This document shows positions 51,071 to 63,504 of a stretch of 64,000 bases of DNA, one piece after another; the first letter of the stretch is position 1, and each line of letters begins with the position of its first letter. Origin of the DNA: Rhina ancylostomus (taxonomy: Eukaryota); assembly GCA_030265395.1 (NCBI GenBank), contig JARFYF010000084.1, positions 64,641,681 through 64,705,680 on the forward strand, given 5' to 3'. The notes below the pieces were generated by a model, which worked only from the letters and a program-made list of their open reading frames with translations, had not been told where the DNA came from and searched no databases. The position numbers and the translations under genes were made by a program.

Positions 51071-51351
51071 AATAGGCGCAGATTAGCATTTTCCATTTTT
51101 ATTAGTCTACTACCCAATTATTAAGAGATTAAAGATATTGATTGTCTAAGCTTATATATATGAGTAGTTGCTTATATGGACTCATATAAATCTAAGCCCT
51201 GAAATATTACTACGATATTTTTATTTTGTATTCAGGTGACAAAATAAATATAATAGCATAGTTATACAGCAGGAAAGCAGACAATTATTTTCTTTTATAA
51301 TATATCTATATAAATGTTGTTAACTTAAAGCTATTGCATTTGATTGTTTAG

Positions 51352-51555
51352 ATCACTCTCGATGGGCATGATATCCGTACACTGAATGTGAAGTGGTTGA
51401 GAGAACACATTGGCATTGTAAGCCAGGAACCAATTCTGTTTGCTACAACAATTGCTGAAAACATACGCTATGGTCGACAGGACGCAACTGATGAAGAGAT
51501 TGAGCAGGCAGCCAGGGAAGCAAATGCTTATGATTTTATATCAATGCTACCTGAT
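51352..51555 (+). CDS. ABCB5: ABCB5 exon: NBD1 Q-loop
   Basis: tttag|atc act...cct gat|gtaagt, 204 nt; [39 protein letters not shown]. Confidence 0.97.
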
Positions 51556-51926
51556 GTAAGTCATTCCTTGATTATAAATTAATAAGTATGTTCATTGGAT
51601 GGAGGGTTTGTTATGAGGAGAGATTGTTTAGCCTGGGTCTATTTTCCCTGGAGCAAAGGAGGCTGAGGTGTTATATGATAAAATTATGAGAGGCACACAA
51701 AAAAGTAGATAGCCAGAATCATTTCAATTTTAATTAGTCTCCAGACAGCTATGGTAGCCTGAGCTTAAGGTCAGGATAGCTGAATGGCATCTATGCCTTC
51801 AGTTATCCTGACCTTAAACTGTCTTTAAACCTCTCTTCTTCATGAGCCCCTTTCAAGTTTCATCAGCTATATTGTAAAGATTATTTTTACAAAACAGTAT
51901 AAGATCTGTGTATTCAAATTTTACAG

Positions 51927-52097
51927 AAATTTAATACAATAGTTGGTGAAAGAGGTACCCAGCTGAGTGGTGGTCAGAAACAGAGAATTGCTATTGCACG
52001 TGCAATAGTCAGAGACCCAAAGATTCTTCTGCTGGATGAAGCAACATCTGCTCTCGATACTCAGAGTGAATCTATAGTGCAGGCTGCTTTGGATAAG
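51927..52097 (+). CDS. ABCB5: ABCB5 exon: NBD1 signature, Walker B and D-loop
   Basis: ttacag|aaa ttt...gat aag|gtaagt, 171 nt; [39 protein letters not shown]. Confidence 0.97.
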
Positions 52098-52889
52098 GTA
52101 AGTGAGAGTGAAGAACAAGGAATCAAAATTCCTTATTGACTACTCCATAAGATATCAGGCTGTCAGCAATAAGCAGCATTTATCAGGAAATGTCCTGTAG
52201 GCCTCAAACCCACTAAAAGTACAGAATTTACTCATAGGTTTCTACTTTTGTACAACATGTTTCTCTCCAACAATACTTAATTCTTTATACAACAAATGTT
52301 TGAATGCTCTGCCCAAGTTAACATCCTCTCAATTTTAATTTCCATTTACTTGGGACAGAATATGAAACAGGCAGCTGATCCAATCTCATCGGTTTCTGAG
52401 CAGGAGTGTTCATTATAATTACTGCATTGTTTTGAAATTGATCCACTCTTGTCTTCCCTTTTTTTATATTAGTGTGAACAACACTCCCATTAGCTTTCCT
52501 CTTTTGTTCCTTTACAACTCGGTGACACCATTCTAAATATTTTTTCTTCTCCCATAATCCCCATTGAATTGAAATTAAAATTATCAAACCTTATCCTTAC
52601 CCAGATCCTTCATACCTTTCTCAGTATTCCATTCTTTTTGCAAAGGTGTTAGAATTTTAAGAATGCCTCACTATGTTCTCTCTGCTACGATATTCAATTA
52701 CTTTGTTATCCAAACAATATAATGCAAAAGAAAACAAGGATGCTTAACCAATTGAGTATTCTAGCAATAAAACTGGGACATATAAAAGCTCCCTCAATTA
52801 TTCTTACTCCTTTTGTCTATCACTTACAGTATCTTCCTAAGGAAGTAAGACTGTCAATAGCTTGAAAGGAATGAAATTGTTTTATTATG

Positions 52890-53020
52890 TTTTTCAGGAA
52901 CAACTTAAATAATGTTCCTTATGTATATTTCTGCAATTGCTGCTATGTGTGGAAAATGTAGCAGCCAGTTTGTGTGCAGCAAGATCCCACATGATAAATA
53001 ATCAAATAGTCCATTTTTTG
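52890..53020 (-). mobile_element. Deu-SINE remnant
   Basis: ggaaaatgtagcagccagtttgtgtgcagcaagatcccaca is the reverse complement of the Deu core. Confidence 0.6.
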
Positions 53021-54729
53021 GTGCATTATGCCCTCCACCCACCCACCCCACCCTGCCTTCTGTTAATGGAGTTATAATCGTTTGTTCAAATCCTGAAAGA
53101 TTCTTTGGTTAAATTGGTAATTAATTCTTGTGTGGAGCTTTGTGTTTGTTTGTGTTTGTGGAGCATGGTGATTTGAACATNNNNNNNNNNNNNNNNNNNN
53201 NNNNNNNNNNNNNNNNNNNNNNNNNNNNNNNNNNNNNNNNNNNNNNNNNNNNNNNNNNNNNNNNNNNNNNNNNNNNNNNNAGCTTTGTGTTTGTTTGTGT
53301 TTGTGGAGCATTGTGATTTGAACATGAGACTTTGAAACATAAGATCTCTAGTGTCTAATTTCTAATCGTTGAAAATAGGGTGGGAAATACTGATCTGTGT
53401 TTTGAAATATTGACCTCACTTTTGTATTTGAACCTATGCTGATAAAGTTAAATTTCTGCTTATCAATTAGAAATTTTAAACAAGGGATGCAGCATCAGTG
53501 AGAGTTTGCTTCTCTTAAGTTGACTACTTTGTTATTGCTTAGCTTACCTTGGAGGCACCATCACTGAGAACTTTATTTTCTTCTAAATAAATTATTCTGA
53601 ACTCATTTTGGTTCACAAATTCTAAACATACATTAATCAATTTTAGGGCATTCCATTTCACTATCTTAATCTTCTGTCCATGAGATTTCTAATATCTAGC
53701 AAGCCAAATTCAGGAAACAAAAATGTTAAAGCTGACAACATAGTGGTCACTTGATTTTTGGGAGACCATTGCTGACATTTCAGAAATCCCTTAGGAATGA
53801 ATAACATATGAATACCATCAGGAAAATGAGTTGGGGCGGGGGGGGGGGGGAATCACCGAGATGCGTGGAAAAGAAAAATGAATGGATGTGAGGAGCCAAC
53901 ATAGTCAAGCACGAGAAATATTCAGCAAAGAAATAGCTTATGAGCTAAAAGTTAAGAAAATTGGAGAATGAAAGAAATCCTAAAGCTAGTTTCAGAATTA
54001 TAACAGAAGGTGTTGGAGAAAACAATGGGTCCAAAAGCCACAGAAAGTAAAAGGACAGTTTAGCAGAGAGGTTGGATAGTCCTTATACTATCCCCAATCC
54101 TCCTTCCCATATACTGCCAACATTCTGATGTGGAATCTCTCTCTAAATCTGAGTAGTAACAATTGTTTCAAATTTTATCTTTCAGGTAAGGTTTTAGACA
54201 CAGAGGTGAACTTCTACATATGTATTTTCCTTGCATTGATGTGGATTGTATTTCTTTTCTAGATAGAGTAGTCATTAGTTCATATTTTTATAAAGAAAAT
54301 AAATGCAAAAACATCTGGAAGGAAATAGCAGGCTGATAAGCTCCAGAAAGAAAGTGAACATTTTAGCTTTAAACCTACATAGAATGTATTCTTAATACTA
54401 TGATTTTGACAATTCCCTTCAAATTGCTAATCTTTCTTTCTCTGTGTTTCAAACATTTAATCTATTTGAATTTTATTCTTTGTTGATTGTTTAATAGTAT
54501 GTTAATGGTTAAAGATTGGAGAAATAAAACAACTATATTAATGGGAATTATTTATCCTTATTTTTAGTGAAAATATTAAACTACTGGAAGTATATTCGTG
54601 TTCTACTGAAGAGCAAGTTCAGTGGTAGTTGAAAGTGAATAAAGCAGAAGGAATTTTGGAGAGTAGAGTGATGCATTTTCATCGGGATAATGAGGAGAGG
54701 CAATATAAAATAAACAGAAACTGAAAAAT

Positions 54730-55190
54730 CAATAGATGCTCAAAATCTGAAACAAAATAGAAAATGCTGAAAAACTCAGCAGGTCAGGAATCATTTGTGG
54801 AAAGAGATTAACATTTCATATCAAATAGCCTTCAGATCAAATAGCTTTAATCAGAACTGAGAAAGAGAGAAAGCAAGTCAGTTTTAAGTAGCAGAGAAGG
54901 TGAGGAGCGCAATGGTAGAACAAGAGTTATGTCTGTAATCGGGTGAAATAATGTAGCCATTGAATAGATAGTTAAACCCCTTCGTGTAATATGTTGCTAA
55001 TGTAGTAAAGGTTGGATGATATCGTATAGTCTGGCCCTCTGGGATATGCTTAGTAGACCAGAATATACAAATGAAAGAATAAAAAGGCCTGTCCTGATAT
55101 AAACCTTTAGAAAAAAAACAAGTTATCTAAAGTTGGAGTCCTGCAGGCTGCAACATGCCTGAACAAAACATTATATTTTGACTGTGCACA
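54730..55190. mobile_element. Penelope-like remnant
   Basis: agatgctcaaaatctgaaacaaaatagaaaatgctgaaaaactcagcaggtcagg...; gagtcctgcaggctgcaacatgcct. Confidence 0.55.
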
Positions 55191-55399
55191 TTGCAGCCTG
55201 AAGGTCTGAATAATAAAGTCTCAGATAACTTGATTTTTCTTTCTGTTTGTATTGGATCAGATGAATTTTGCTTGCTTTTCTCCTCACCGTTTTCTTTTAG
55301 TTTGTATATTATGGTCAGCTCAGCACATCCTAGTTGGCCAGAATTTATATCATCACACAGACTTCACAAGGGTGGCAACATATTGCACTGACTTAAAAA

Positions 55400-56070
55400 A
55401 AGGAAACGTTGATAAAGGGTTATAGGAGCAGGGTAACCCAAGGCTCTGTTGGCACGTCATTGAAAGTGGTAGGCACGTTGTGAAAGCAGGTAATAATTCT
55501 GGGCTTTATTGATGGAAGCATAGGTTATAAAAGCAGGGAAGTTATTCTGAATCATTGTAAAACACTGGTCCACCCTCATCTAGCAAATTATGTCCCATTC
55601 TGGTCACCACATTATCAGAAGAAAGTGAATGTTATGAAGACGATCCAAGAAATATTTATGAGAGTGGTTTCTGGGATGAGTGACTATAGTTACAAGAATA
55701 GACTGGAGAGACTGAGAGCATTTTCTTTGAAGAATATATGGTTTGATTGAAGTATAGGGGTCTAGACAGAATGGATAGTGGGAGACTTTTCTCTTTGGTG
55801 GTGGGGTCAAGAACTAGAGATCACAGATATAAAATAAAGCGGAACTGTATTGAGAGTGACATGAGGAAAAGTTCTTCTGCAAAATGTGTTGGAATCTCGA
55901 ATGCACTGCCTGCTAATGTGGTGGGGGCAGCTTCCATTGTGAGCTTCAAGAGAGAATTGGATATCCACATATGGTGGGGAAAAATTGCATGGCTACAGAG
56001 AAAGGGTTCATGAGTAGAACGAGTAGGTTGTCATGAGCTGAATGTCCTCCTTCTATAACCATTCTTTGTA
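55400..56070 (+). mobile_element. Degenerate CR1 3' fragment
   Basis: aaaagcagggaagttattctg, cattctggtcaccacattat, gagctgaatgtcctcct tail. Confidence 0.72.
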
Positions 56071-56571
56071 CAGTGTGGGACAAACATGCAGCTTTCAGCA
56101 GAATAGAGAATCTGGTTCAAGAGTTAAACTAATTGTGAAGAATGGTTCTCTCTGAGATCTGAGGCCAAAATTTCTCTCCAGTGTTACTGGCTAGAATCCT
56201 GTGCTTTGGAAGCTTTCTTGTTTCTGGTCTTTCAGTTTCAAGTAATGTTTTAGTCATTAAGCAATGCTTTAGATCAGGTTCAGATAATTCAAAACTAAGT
56301 TGTTTTAATAATATTAAGGGTTCAAGATTATGCAATGTGATTAATGTATAAAAGATTAACACACTCCCCTGACATCCTTTGACTCCACTTTAAAATGGGC
56401 ATTGAAATAAGCAAAGGAATTCTATATGTTAATATTCAGGCAGTTTAATTTCAAAGCAAGTAAATCAAAGCATTTCATTAACATGCAAATAAAACAGATA
56501 AGCAATGAGATTCCTTAAAGTCTTGTGAACAAGGTTTGTTATCATCCTGTCTAATCACTCCTTCACTGCAG

Positions 56572-56733
56572 GCAAGAGCAGGTCGTACAACCATTGTCAT
56601 TGCCCATCGCCTCTCAACAATCAGTAGTGCTGATATCATTGCTGCCTTTTCCAATGGAGTGGTTTCTGAACAAGGAATTCACAGTCAACTTATGGACAAG
56701 AAGGGCATCTACTATTCCCTAGTAAAACAGCAG
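56572..56733 (+). CDS. ABCB5: ABCB5 exon: NBD1 H-loop
   Basis: ctgcag|gca aga...cag cag|gtaaat, 162 nt; [17 protein letters not shown]...[19 protein letters not shown]. Confidence 0.96.
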
Positions 56734-57539
56734 GTAAATTGTAAACTGTAACCAAATTAGCTTTGTTTATTTTGTTCTTCTGTGACTGAAGTAGCTGTAT
56801 AATCTGTATGCAAATTAATTTAAGCTATTAATATGTAAAGGAAATAGGGACTCTGCAGAGGTTACTTTCCATTAATGGTAGAACCTTTTTTTTAAGCAGA
56901 AATGCCAGTCTTAGATCAAATTGTTTTGCATCTTTAAAAGATTGCATTTCTCGCCACTATAGAAACATGTTGAGTTTTTCCTCCCTGCTAATCTGAATGT
57001 CTGAATGGAGGATGCCAATAATGAGGAGAATCAGTTATCTGTTTCATCCACTCATTTTAGGAAAATTGGCTGATGGAACAAGTGTGTTCTATGCAAATTT
57101 GGAAGATTCTTCATTTAGAAGTTTGTGTTTCAGAACACTTTCACTGCAACTAGTAACCTGTGCCAGATGTTGGATAATGCCTTTGGGCTGGTCTCTAAAA
57201 GTGGTCTGACTGACAGACTTTCTGCTGAGCCTGAGTCTTTTCAATCCTCTCTTGTGATGTAAGGATTTAGTAGTAAGTTGAGAATAGATATTTGAGTGTG
57301 TGGCAGGATGAGTGGGTAAAATTCAATTTCTACATGAATACAAAGTGAATGAATGCAGAATTTATGATTGTTAAATATTTGGAATATTTTTTCTCCCACT
57401 TATTTCAAGGGGAATCAAATAGGTGGAATGCATGATGCTTCAGGTCAATGGAAAAGTGGTAAAACAAGTATGTTTTAAGTTATGGGGTTGGGGGGATTAG
57501 ACGTTGGGTGAAGAGAAATAAAAGCAATGCCTATAATTG

Positions 57540-58020
57540 AGATATTCAGCAGGTCAGGTAGCATCAAGGAAGAGAGAACATTTGAGTTAACGTCTCCTGA
57601 ACTACCCTCATTTATNNNNNNNNNNNNNNNNNNNNNNNNNNNNNNNNNNNNNNNNNNNNNNNNNNNNNNNNNNNNNNNNNNNNNNNNNNNNNNNNNNNNN
57701 NNNNNNNNNNNNNNNTTTATCTCCCTCTGTTTGCACTCCTCCAGACAGATCTGCTATGATCAACAGGAAATAACCAGAAGCAACTGGGTCCCTTGGACAA
57801 TCTTGCTTTCTGCAGTATTGCACAGATTTCCTTTGTCATCTCCATTGCTCTCTCACTGTGTAACTTGTAACACACTTGTTTTCTTACTTTTCCCATTCTG
57901 ATGAAGGGTCATTGGCCTGATTCTGATTCTCCCTTCATAGATGTGGCTGAAATCACAGGGTATCTGCAGTATTTTCCATTTTTATTTCTTATTTCCAGAA
58001 TCTGCACTACTTTGCTTTTC
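57540..58020. mobile_element. Penelope-like remnant with inverted arms across a gap
   Basis: tcagcaggtcaggtagcatc...gagttaacgt on the left; ccattctgatgaagggtca...cagtattttccatttttatttc on the right. Confidence 0.55.
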
Positions 58021-58229
58021 AAAATCTCATGTCTGAATGACTCTGCTGTTCTGCATATAACTGCAACCCACAATTCAAATTATCCAAAATCAGTGTAGAG
58101 GTTGAAAGGAGCAAAATGCTGTTTGATTCACCAAGTGTTTGTCTTCATTATGAATAAATTGAGCATTATATACATATAGCAACATTTGGAAGTGTTAGTG
58201 GCAGCAGCATGATCAGCTTTCATTAGGCT

Positions 58230-58592
58230 CAAATTTAAAATTTTCATCTCAGTTTTTAACGCTTTTATGACCTCAGCTCTCCATGCCTCTGGAACACACT
58301 TCAGCCAAAAACCCTTCAAAAACCTTAACATTCAAAAATCTTACTCTAGGACCTCTTGATGTTCCCTTCCCGTTTTTCTTGCCTTTGGCTCGGTCTAATC
58401 CACTGGAATATCTTCCACTCCATCTTCACCCTTAGGACAACACCTAAAACTGATTTCTGACCAAACTTTTGCTGCCTTGCCTCGTATCTCTTTCTTTGGA
58501 ACAGCAATAATTTGTGTGTCACTACACTTCTGCCAAGGTCCTTAGGATATTTTGTTCACATACACAGCACTGTATAAATGGAAGTTGTTGCT
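58230..58592 (+). mobile_element. L2 LINE 3' end
   Basis: ctggaatatcttcc...cctaaaactgatttctgaccaaacttttg...ccttaggatattt...gcactgtataaatggaagttgttg. Confidence 0.55.
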
Positions 58593-59312
58593 TTAAGCTG
58601 TAGTGGAGTTTCAGTGCAGAATGTTTATGACTTGTTGAAATATTGAAACCACATCATTTAAAAATCTAAACTAATACTTACTCTTTGCAAAAGTAAATAA
58701 TCCTTATTAGAAATGCTGTGTGGCATGCCTGCTTCTCAGTGGCATCAGAGACATGTAGTCTCCCATCTTAGATTTCAAATGTATAAATGGTTTAAGTGTG
58801 ATGTCTTGCAAAATAACTGCCTTTAAATAAGCTGTGTGCCAATACTGTTATGAAGATATTACAGAACTTTTCTGGCTATGATCCATTGCTCCATTGTTTT
58901 AACTTGCTGGGACACTCACTGCAGTTTCTCAAACAGGATGGCATGTTAATAAAGTATGGACAGATCTCAAATGTATCATCTAATCTGCCATTCTTATAAA
59001 AGAAAGGACACACTTCCACGTCCCCCCCCAACCCCATCCACCTCCCCCATTAGCCTTGTACAGGTTTTCTTACTGTCTGGTCTACTAAGCTGCTTAAAAT
59101 CTGAAACCAATAGTTCCTGCATCTTGAGGGCAGGTGACTATCTTGGGTGACTCGAACTGCCTTTCTTGCTGGTAATGCAAGGCAGTTGAAATTCACATTG
59201 CCCACTTCGAGCTTTCCTGCATTTTGACCCTGTGCACCTTTTCAGCACTTAAATGACAGCATTTAAATCAGTCAGCAATCCTAAAAATATTTTCTTATTC
59301 CTCATATTTAAG

Positions 59313-59513
59313 AGTTCAAGTCAGAAGAGTGACAGTGTTGAAGAAACAGGTACTGCTTTGGTGAAAGTGAATGAACTAGAGAATGATGAAGTCAAAAGCA
59401 TACATATGATCAGCAGGAACAGTTTCAGAAGAAAATCAAGCAAGAAACTTCAACATTTTACTTCCACTGAACCAAAGGAAACAGAAGGGAAAAATGAAGA
59501 AGAAAACAAATTG
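59313..59513 (+). CDS. ABCB5: ABCB5 exon: inter-half linker
   Basis: tttaag|agt tca...aaa ttg|gttaga, 201 nt, phase 0->0; acidic then basic RNSFRRKSSKK segment as in P-gp linkers. Confidence 0.8.
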
Positions 59514-59629
59514 GTTAGAATTAAATCTTAATACATGAATTTCAATATGGGAAGCACTTTACGTAAATGTGTATTTTTTTGTAGTATGCACATGGAGGTA
59601 TAAAGATCAGGTACTATAAATACTAGTTA

Positions 59630-59880
59630 CAGCTAAAGTGAATAAATCAGCTGATCCCAATGGCTTACATCCTTGGTTACAAAGGGAAGTAGCGAAGGAA
59701 ATTGTGAGGGCTCTATTCATAACCTTCCAAACATCTGTGGATACAGGGGTGGCCCCTGATGATCAGAAAACCCTAACTGTTGCATTCTTGTTCAAGAAAA
59801 GGTACTGGTATAAACCCAGTAACTACAGAACAGTCAGTTTATCTTCAGTAATGGGGACAATGCTAAAAGAATAGATAAGT
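59630..59880 (+). mobile_element. CR1 RT N-terminal fragment; probably continues at ~61290-61545 and ~61720-61900
   Basis: NKSADPNGLHP...LFKK...PSNYRTVSL; later acaaaaggcattt and tccaaatttgcagatagcaca (SKFAD) motifs. Confidence 0.7.
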
Positions 59881-59899
59881 AGTAGGTAAGAACACACAA

Positions 59900-61250
59900 G
59901 GTTTTTTTATAGTAGTTAAATAAAAAGACTCCAAATTACATCTAATTAAATAAAGTAGGAATGCAGGATCAGGTGATGTGTTATAACTGCATGATGTGGT
60001 AGCTGGCAGACCCCCTTGTGGTTCCTGGTGACCACATTTGCCACAAGTGTTGGTTGCTCAAGGAACTCAGACTCAAAGTTGATGACGTGGAATCTGAGCT
60101 TCAAACACTGTGACACATCGAGGGGGAGAGTTACCTGGACACTGCGTTTCAGGAGGTAGTCACACCCATTAAATTAACAGCTTCAAATTTGGTCTGTGGT
60201 CAGGGACAAGAGGGTATGACTGCAAGTGAGGCAGGTAGGGGGATCCAAGGGATCTTGGAGGAGCCTCGGCCCTTGAGCTTTTCTAACAGGTCTGAGATTC
60301 TTGCTTCCTGTGCAGATGAGAGTGGGGGCTTTGGACAAATGAGTAACTTAACTGTGGCACCATGGTTCAGGGAGTTATTCAAGATGAGGGAGAGAAGGGA
60401 ATTGTGGTTGGAATTGGGGACCGTCTAGTACAGGGAATAGCACAATTCTCTTGCAAGGATCGAGAGTGCCAAAGGCTGTGTTGCCAGCCTGGCGCCAGGG
60501 TTCGGGACATCTCATCTGACTTGCAGAGGAATTGGGAGTCGGAGGGGAAAGATCCACTTTTTGTGGTCCATGTGGGTGCCAACAATGTAGGTAGAGCAAG
60601 GAAAGGGGATCTGCTGAGGGAATTTGAGTAGTTAGGCACTAAATTAAAAAGCAGAACTGAAAAGGTAATCATCTCTAGATTGCTACCTGAGCCACATGCA
60701 AATTGGCACAGGGTCAATAAGACCAGGGAGTTAAATGCATGGCTCAAATATTAATGGGGAGAAGTGAGTTTAAATTTGTGGGGCATTGGCACTAGTATTT
60801 GGGATGAAGGGAGCTGTTCTGATGGGACAGGCTCCACCTAAAACATGCCGAGACCAGGGCCCTGGCAAATCACATAACTAGGGGTTTAAACTAAGGGTTC
60901 AACAGATTGGAAAAGTATAGATAAAGTAAAATGGAGGGAGAGTGCAGGATAAGTTACTGAAGTCTCCAGAACAAAGAGTAAGATAGAAAATTTAGAAAGG
61001 GATAAGAATTTTTCAGGCAACATGGAGACAAATTTGAGAAGAGGGATGGTGAATACAGAACTGAAGGTGTTATATTTGAATGCACACACTCTACAAAACA
61101 AGATAGATGAGCTTATAGCGCAGTTAGAAATTGGCAGGTATGACATTGTGGACATCAGAGTCATGGCTGAAAGATCACAGCTGGGACCTAAACATCCAAG
61201 GATACATATCCTATTGAAAAGATAGGCAGGTGGGAGGGAACAGGGGGTTA
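59900..61250 (+). mobile_element. 5' part of a CR1 LINE: ORF1 (Zn-finger/leucine zipper + SGNH esterase) and start of APE
   Basis: from 59961 MQDQVMCYNC...HICHKCWLLKELRLKVDDVESEL; PGARVRDI, VVHVGANNVG; ORF2 LKVLYLNAHTLQNKIDEL; many stops. Confidence 0.85.
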
Positions 61251-61569
61251 ATTAGTCAAATTTGATTGTTTTGGTATATATAGACATACAAAAGGCATTT
61301 ATTAAGGTGCTGCATATTAGGCATCATCAAGATTGAAGGCCATGAATTAAAAGGCCCTGTGGCAGCCCTTTTGTAAGTAACAGGAAACAGAATGCAGGAA
61401 TGAATGCTTGTTTTTTGGAGTGGAGGGAAATGAATAATGACGTTTCTCAAGATCAATATGATGACTAACTGCTTTTTCCTGATATATATTGGTTTGGACA
61501 CCTAGGCACAGAGGATAATTTCCAAATTTGCAGATAGCACAACACCATTTAATATTTACCTTTCAAAGC

Positions 61570-61720
61570 CATTTGGAAGGTACATGGATTAGAGAGGTTA
61601 AGAGGGATATGGGCCAAACATGGGCAAATAGGACTAGCTTAGATAGACATTTTGGTGGGCATGGATGAGTTGGGCCGAAGGGCCTGTTTCCATACTGTAT
61701 TACTCTATGATTCTATGACA
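61570..61720 (+). mobile_element. CR1/HE1-type 3' tail
   Basis: gggatatgggccaaac...ttgggccgaagggcctgtttcc...(tctatga)n. Confidence 0.8.
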
Positions 61721-62180
61721 CAAAACTTGTAGGAGTGGCCAAATGTAAGCAGTATAGAGAAAGACTTCAAGAAAATGTACACATGCTGACAGTCAGAAAG
61801 CAGGTGAAATTTAATGCTGCAATAAAATACTGTTACAGATTGTTCAGGAAAATGGGAAAAAAAGCAATTTAATCTCACAGGTGCAACTCTAAAAGGGGAA
61901 CCTTCTTTTCAACCCTAATTCTTATCTACTAAAATGGAATGATTACAGTTTGTTTTTCACATCCCTATTACCTTATAAGGGCAAAGCTGGTTTGTTGCAT
62001 AAATTTATAATATGATGAAACAACTTGTCAATCAAGTTCTGATCAAAATGCATTCCTCCTTAAATGATGGGCATTCTACAGAGCACCAGGGTTTAGACCT
62101 TTTTCTGAGAGCTGTCCTGGACAACATTCTGCACTTCAATTTGTCTTGGTAATTTTATTTTATATCTGCAAATTTTGTAG

Positions 62181-62327
62181 GAGGAAGATTTACCAGAAGT
62201 TTCATTTCCACGTGTTCTTGCTCTGAACAAAACAGAGTGGCCATATATCGTCTTTGGAATCCTCGCTTCCGCTATTAGTGGTGGTGTACCAGTAGGGTTT
62301 GGTGTGGTGTTTTCCCGGATGATTGGG
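62181..62327 (+). CDS. ABCB5: ABCB5 exon: second elbow helix and TM7
   Basis: ttttgtag|gag gaa gat...att ggg|gtgagg, 147 nt; EEDLPEVSFPRVLALNKTEWPYIVFG. Confidence 0.95.
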
Positions 62328-62429
62328 GTGAGGTTTATGTTTGTATTCTCAGAAAAGTCAAATATTGGAAGTTATAATCCTGATTAGGTTTCCTATATAA
62401 GTGTTGTCATCTATATAAGAAAATAACAA

Positions 62430-62808
62430 TCACTCTGAGTCAAAAAGTTATGAGTTTAAGACCCATTCTGGAGCATGTGATCTCAGCTAACACAATAAGG
62501 CTGTATGGTCAATGGTGCTATATTCAAATGAGATATTAAAGTGAGATATACCTTCTCAGATGAAAGTAAAATCTTCAATACATTGTTTTAATGAAAAACA
62601 GAGGCTTAAAGCTACTCTTGACCAACATTTAAAATAATTAGAGTTTATTTGTTCATGATATAATTGTTGTTTCAAAGACATGGTTGTATGGAAATAGACT
62701 GCCACTTTTATTAATATACAACAGTATAAGAGGAATAATTTATTTTGAGACAAGGACTATTAACTAGTCCATGGAGTCCAAAAGTCTATATGAGCAAATG
62801 CAAGAAAG
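62430..62808 (+). mobile_element. Deu-SINE (SacSINE1/AmnSINE1-like), degenerate, near full length
   Basis: ctctgagtcaaaaagttatgagtttaagaccc head; caaatgagatattaaa...ctcagatgaaagtaaaa core; aaatgcaag tail. Confidence 0.55.
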
Positions 62809-63200
62809 AGCACTCTCAAACTGACAATTAATCATGCTGATCTTTACACATCTTAAAAGAGGTGAAACTAAACAGTCCTGTCTGTGGCTGTTAATCTAAT
62901 CTTGTGTGCTCAAATGGATGGCCCCTTAATACTAAACATCTTATCTAGCTTTATCTCTTCCTCTTTATCCATATTCCTGGCTTTAACATCTTTTAAGTAG
63001 AACAGTGCTAGTGATGCCTAATATCTTTATCAATGTAGTTCACCCTTGGCTATAACTACTGTTGATCCTACAGGTAAATATCATCAACCTGCATTTTAAC
63101 TGCTTTCCTCTCAACTGGCAGTGAAGTACTTTTGGATGTACTGGGAAGTTGTAAAAGGCACAACATAAATACATGTCTTTCTTTTTTTTACTTCAATTAG

Positions 63201-63305
63201 GTATTTGCAATCATTGACCCTGAATTGAAACAATGGAGGGCTGCTGTATTATCCTTGATTTTCCTAGGTCTGGGTAGCGTCATGTTTTTGTGTTACTGTA
63301 TACAG
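63201..63305 (+). CDS. ABCB5: ABCB5 exon: TM8
   Basis: caattag|gta ttt...ata cag|gtaagt, 105 nt; VFAIIDPELKQWRAAVLSLIFLGLGSVMFLCYCIQ. Confidence 0.92.
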
Positions 63306-63504
63306 GTAAGTGATAAGAAGAATAGAAACCTCCAGCCGACATCCCTTAGCTCCCTTACGTCCACCCTAGTATTAAATTACAAAATTATAATAGTTTGACC
63401 TATTACCTTGAATGATTCTTCATTCTTCAGGAAATCATGAGGGGAAATAAAGCTACGTGTTAATTTAATATTTTAATCATTGGTTTTCTTTTGAAATCTT
63501 CAAG

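Noticed and set aside
53136-53325. 45-bp direct repeat flanking a 100-N gap
   Set aside because: Same artefact pattern (single mismatch, abuts the gap); not a repeat array.
53031-53850. (CCCA)n at 53031-53053 and G-run at 53832-53850 as G-quadruplex regulators
   Set aside because: Short simple repeats deep in an intron with no supporting context.
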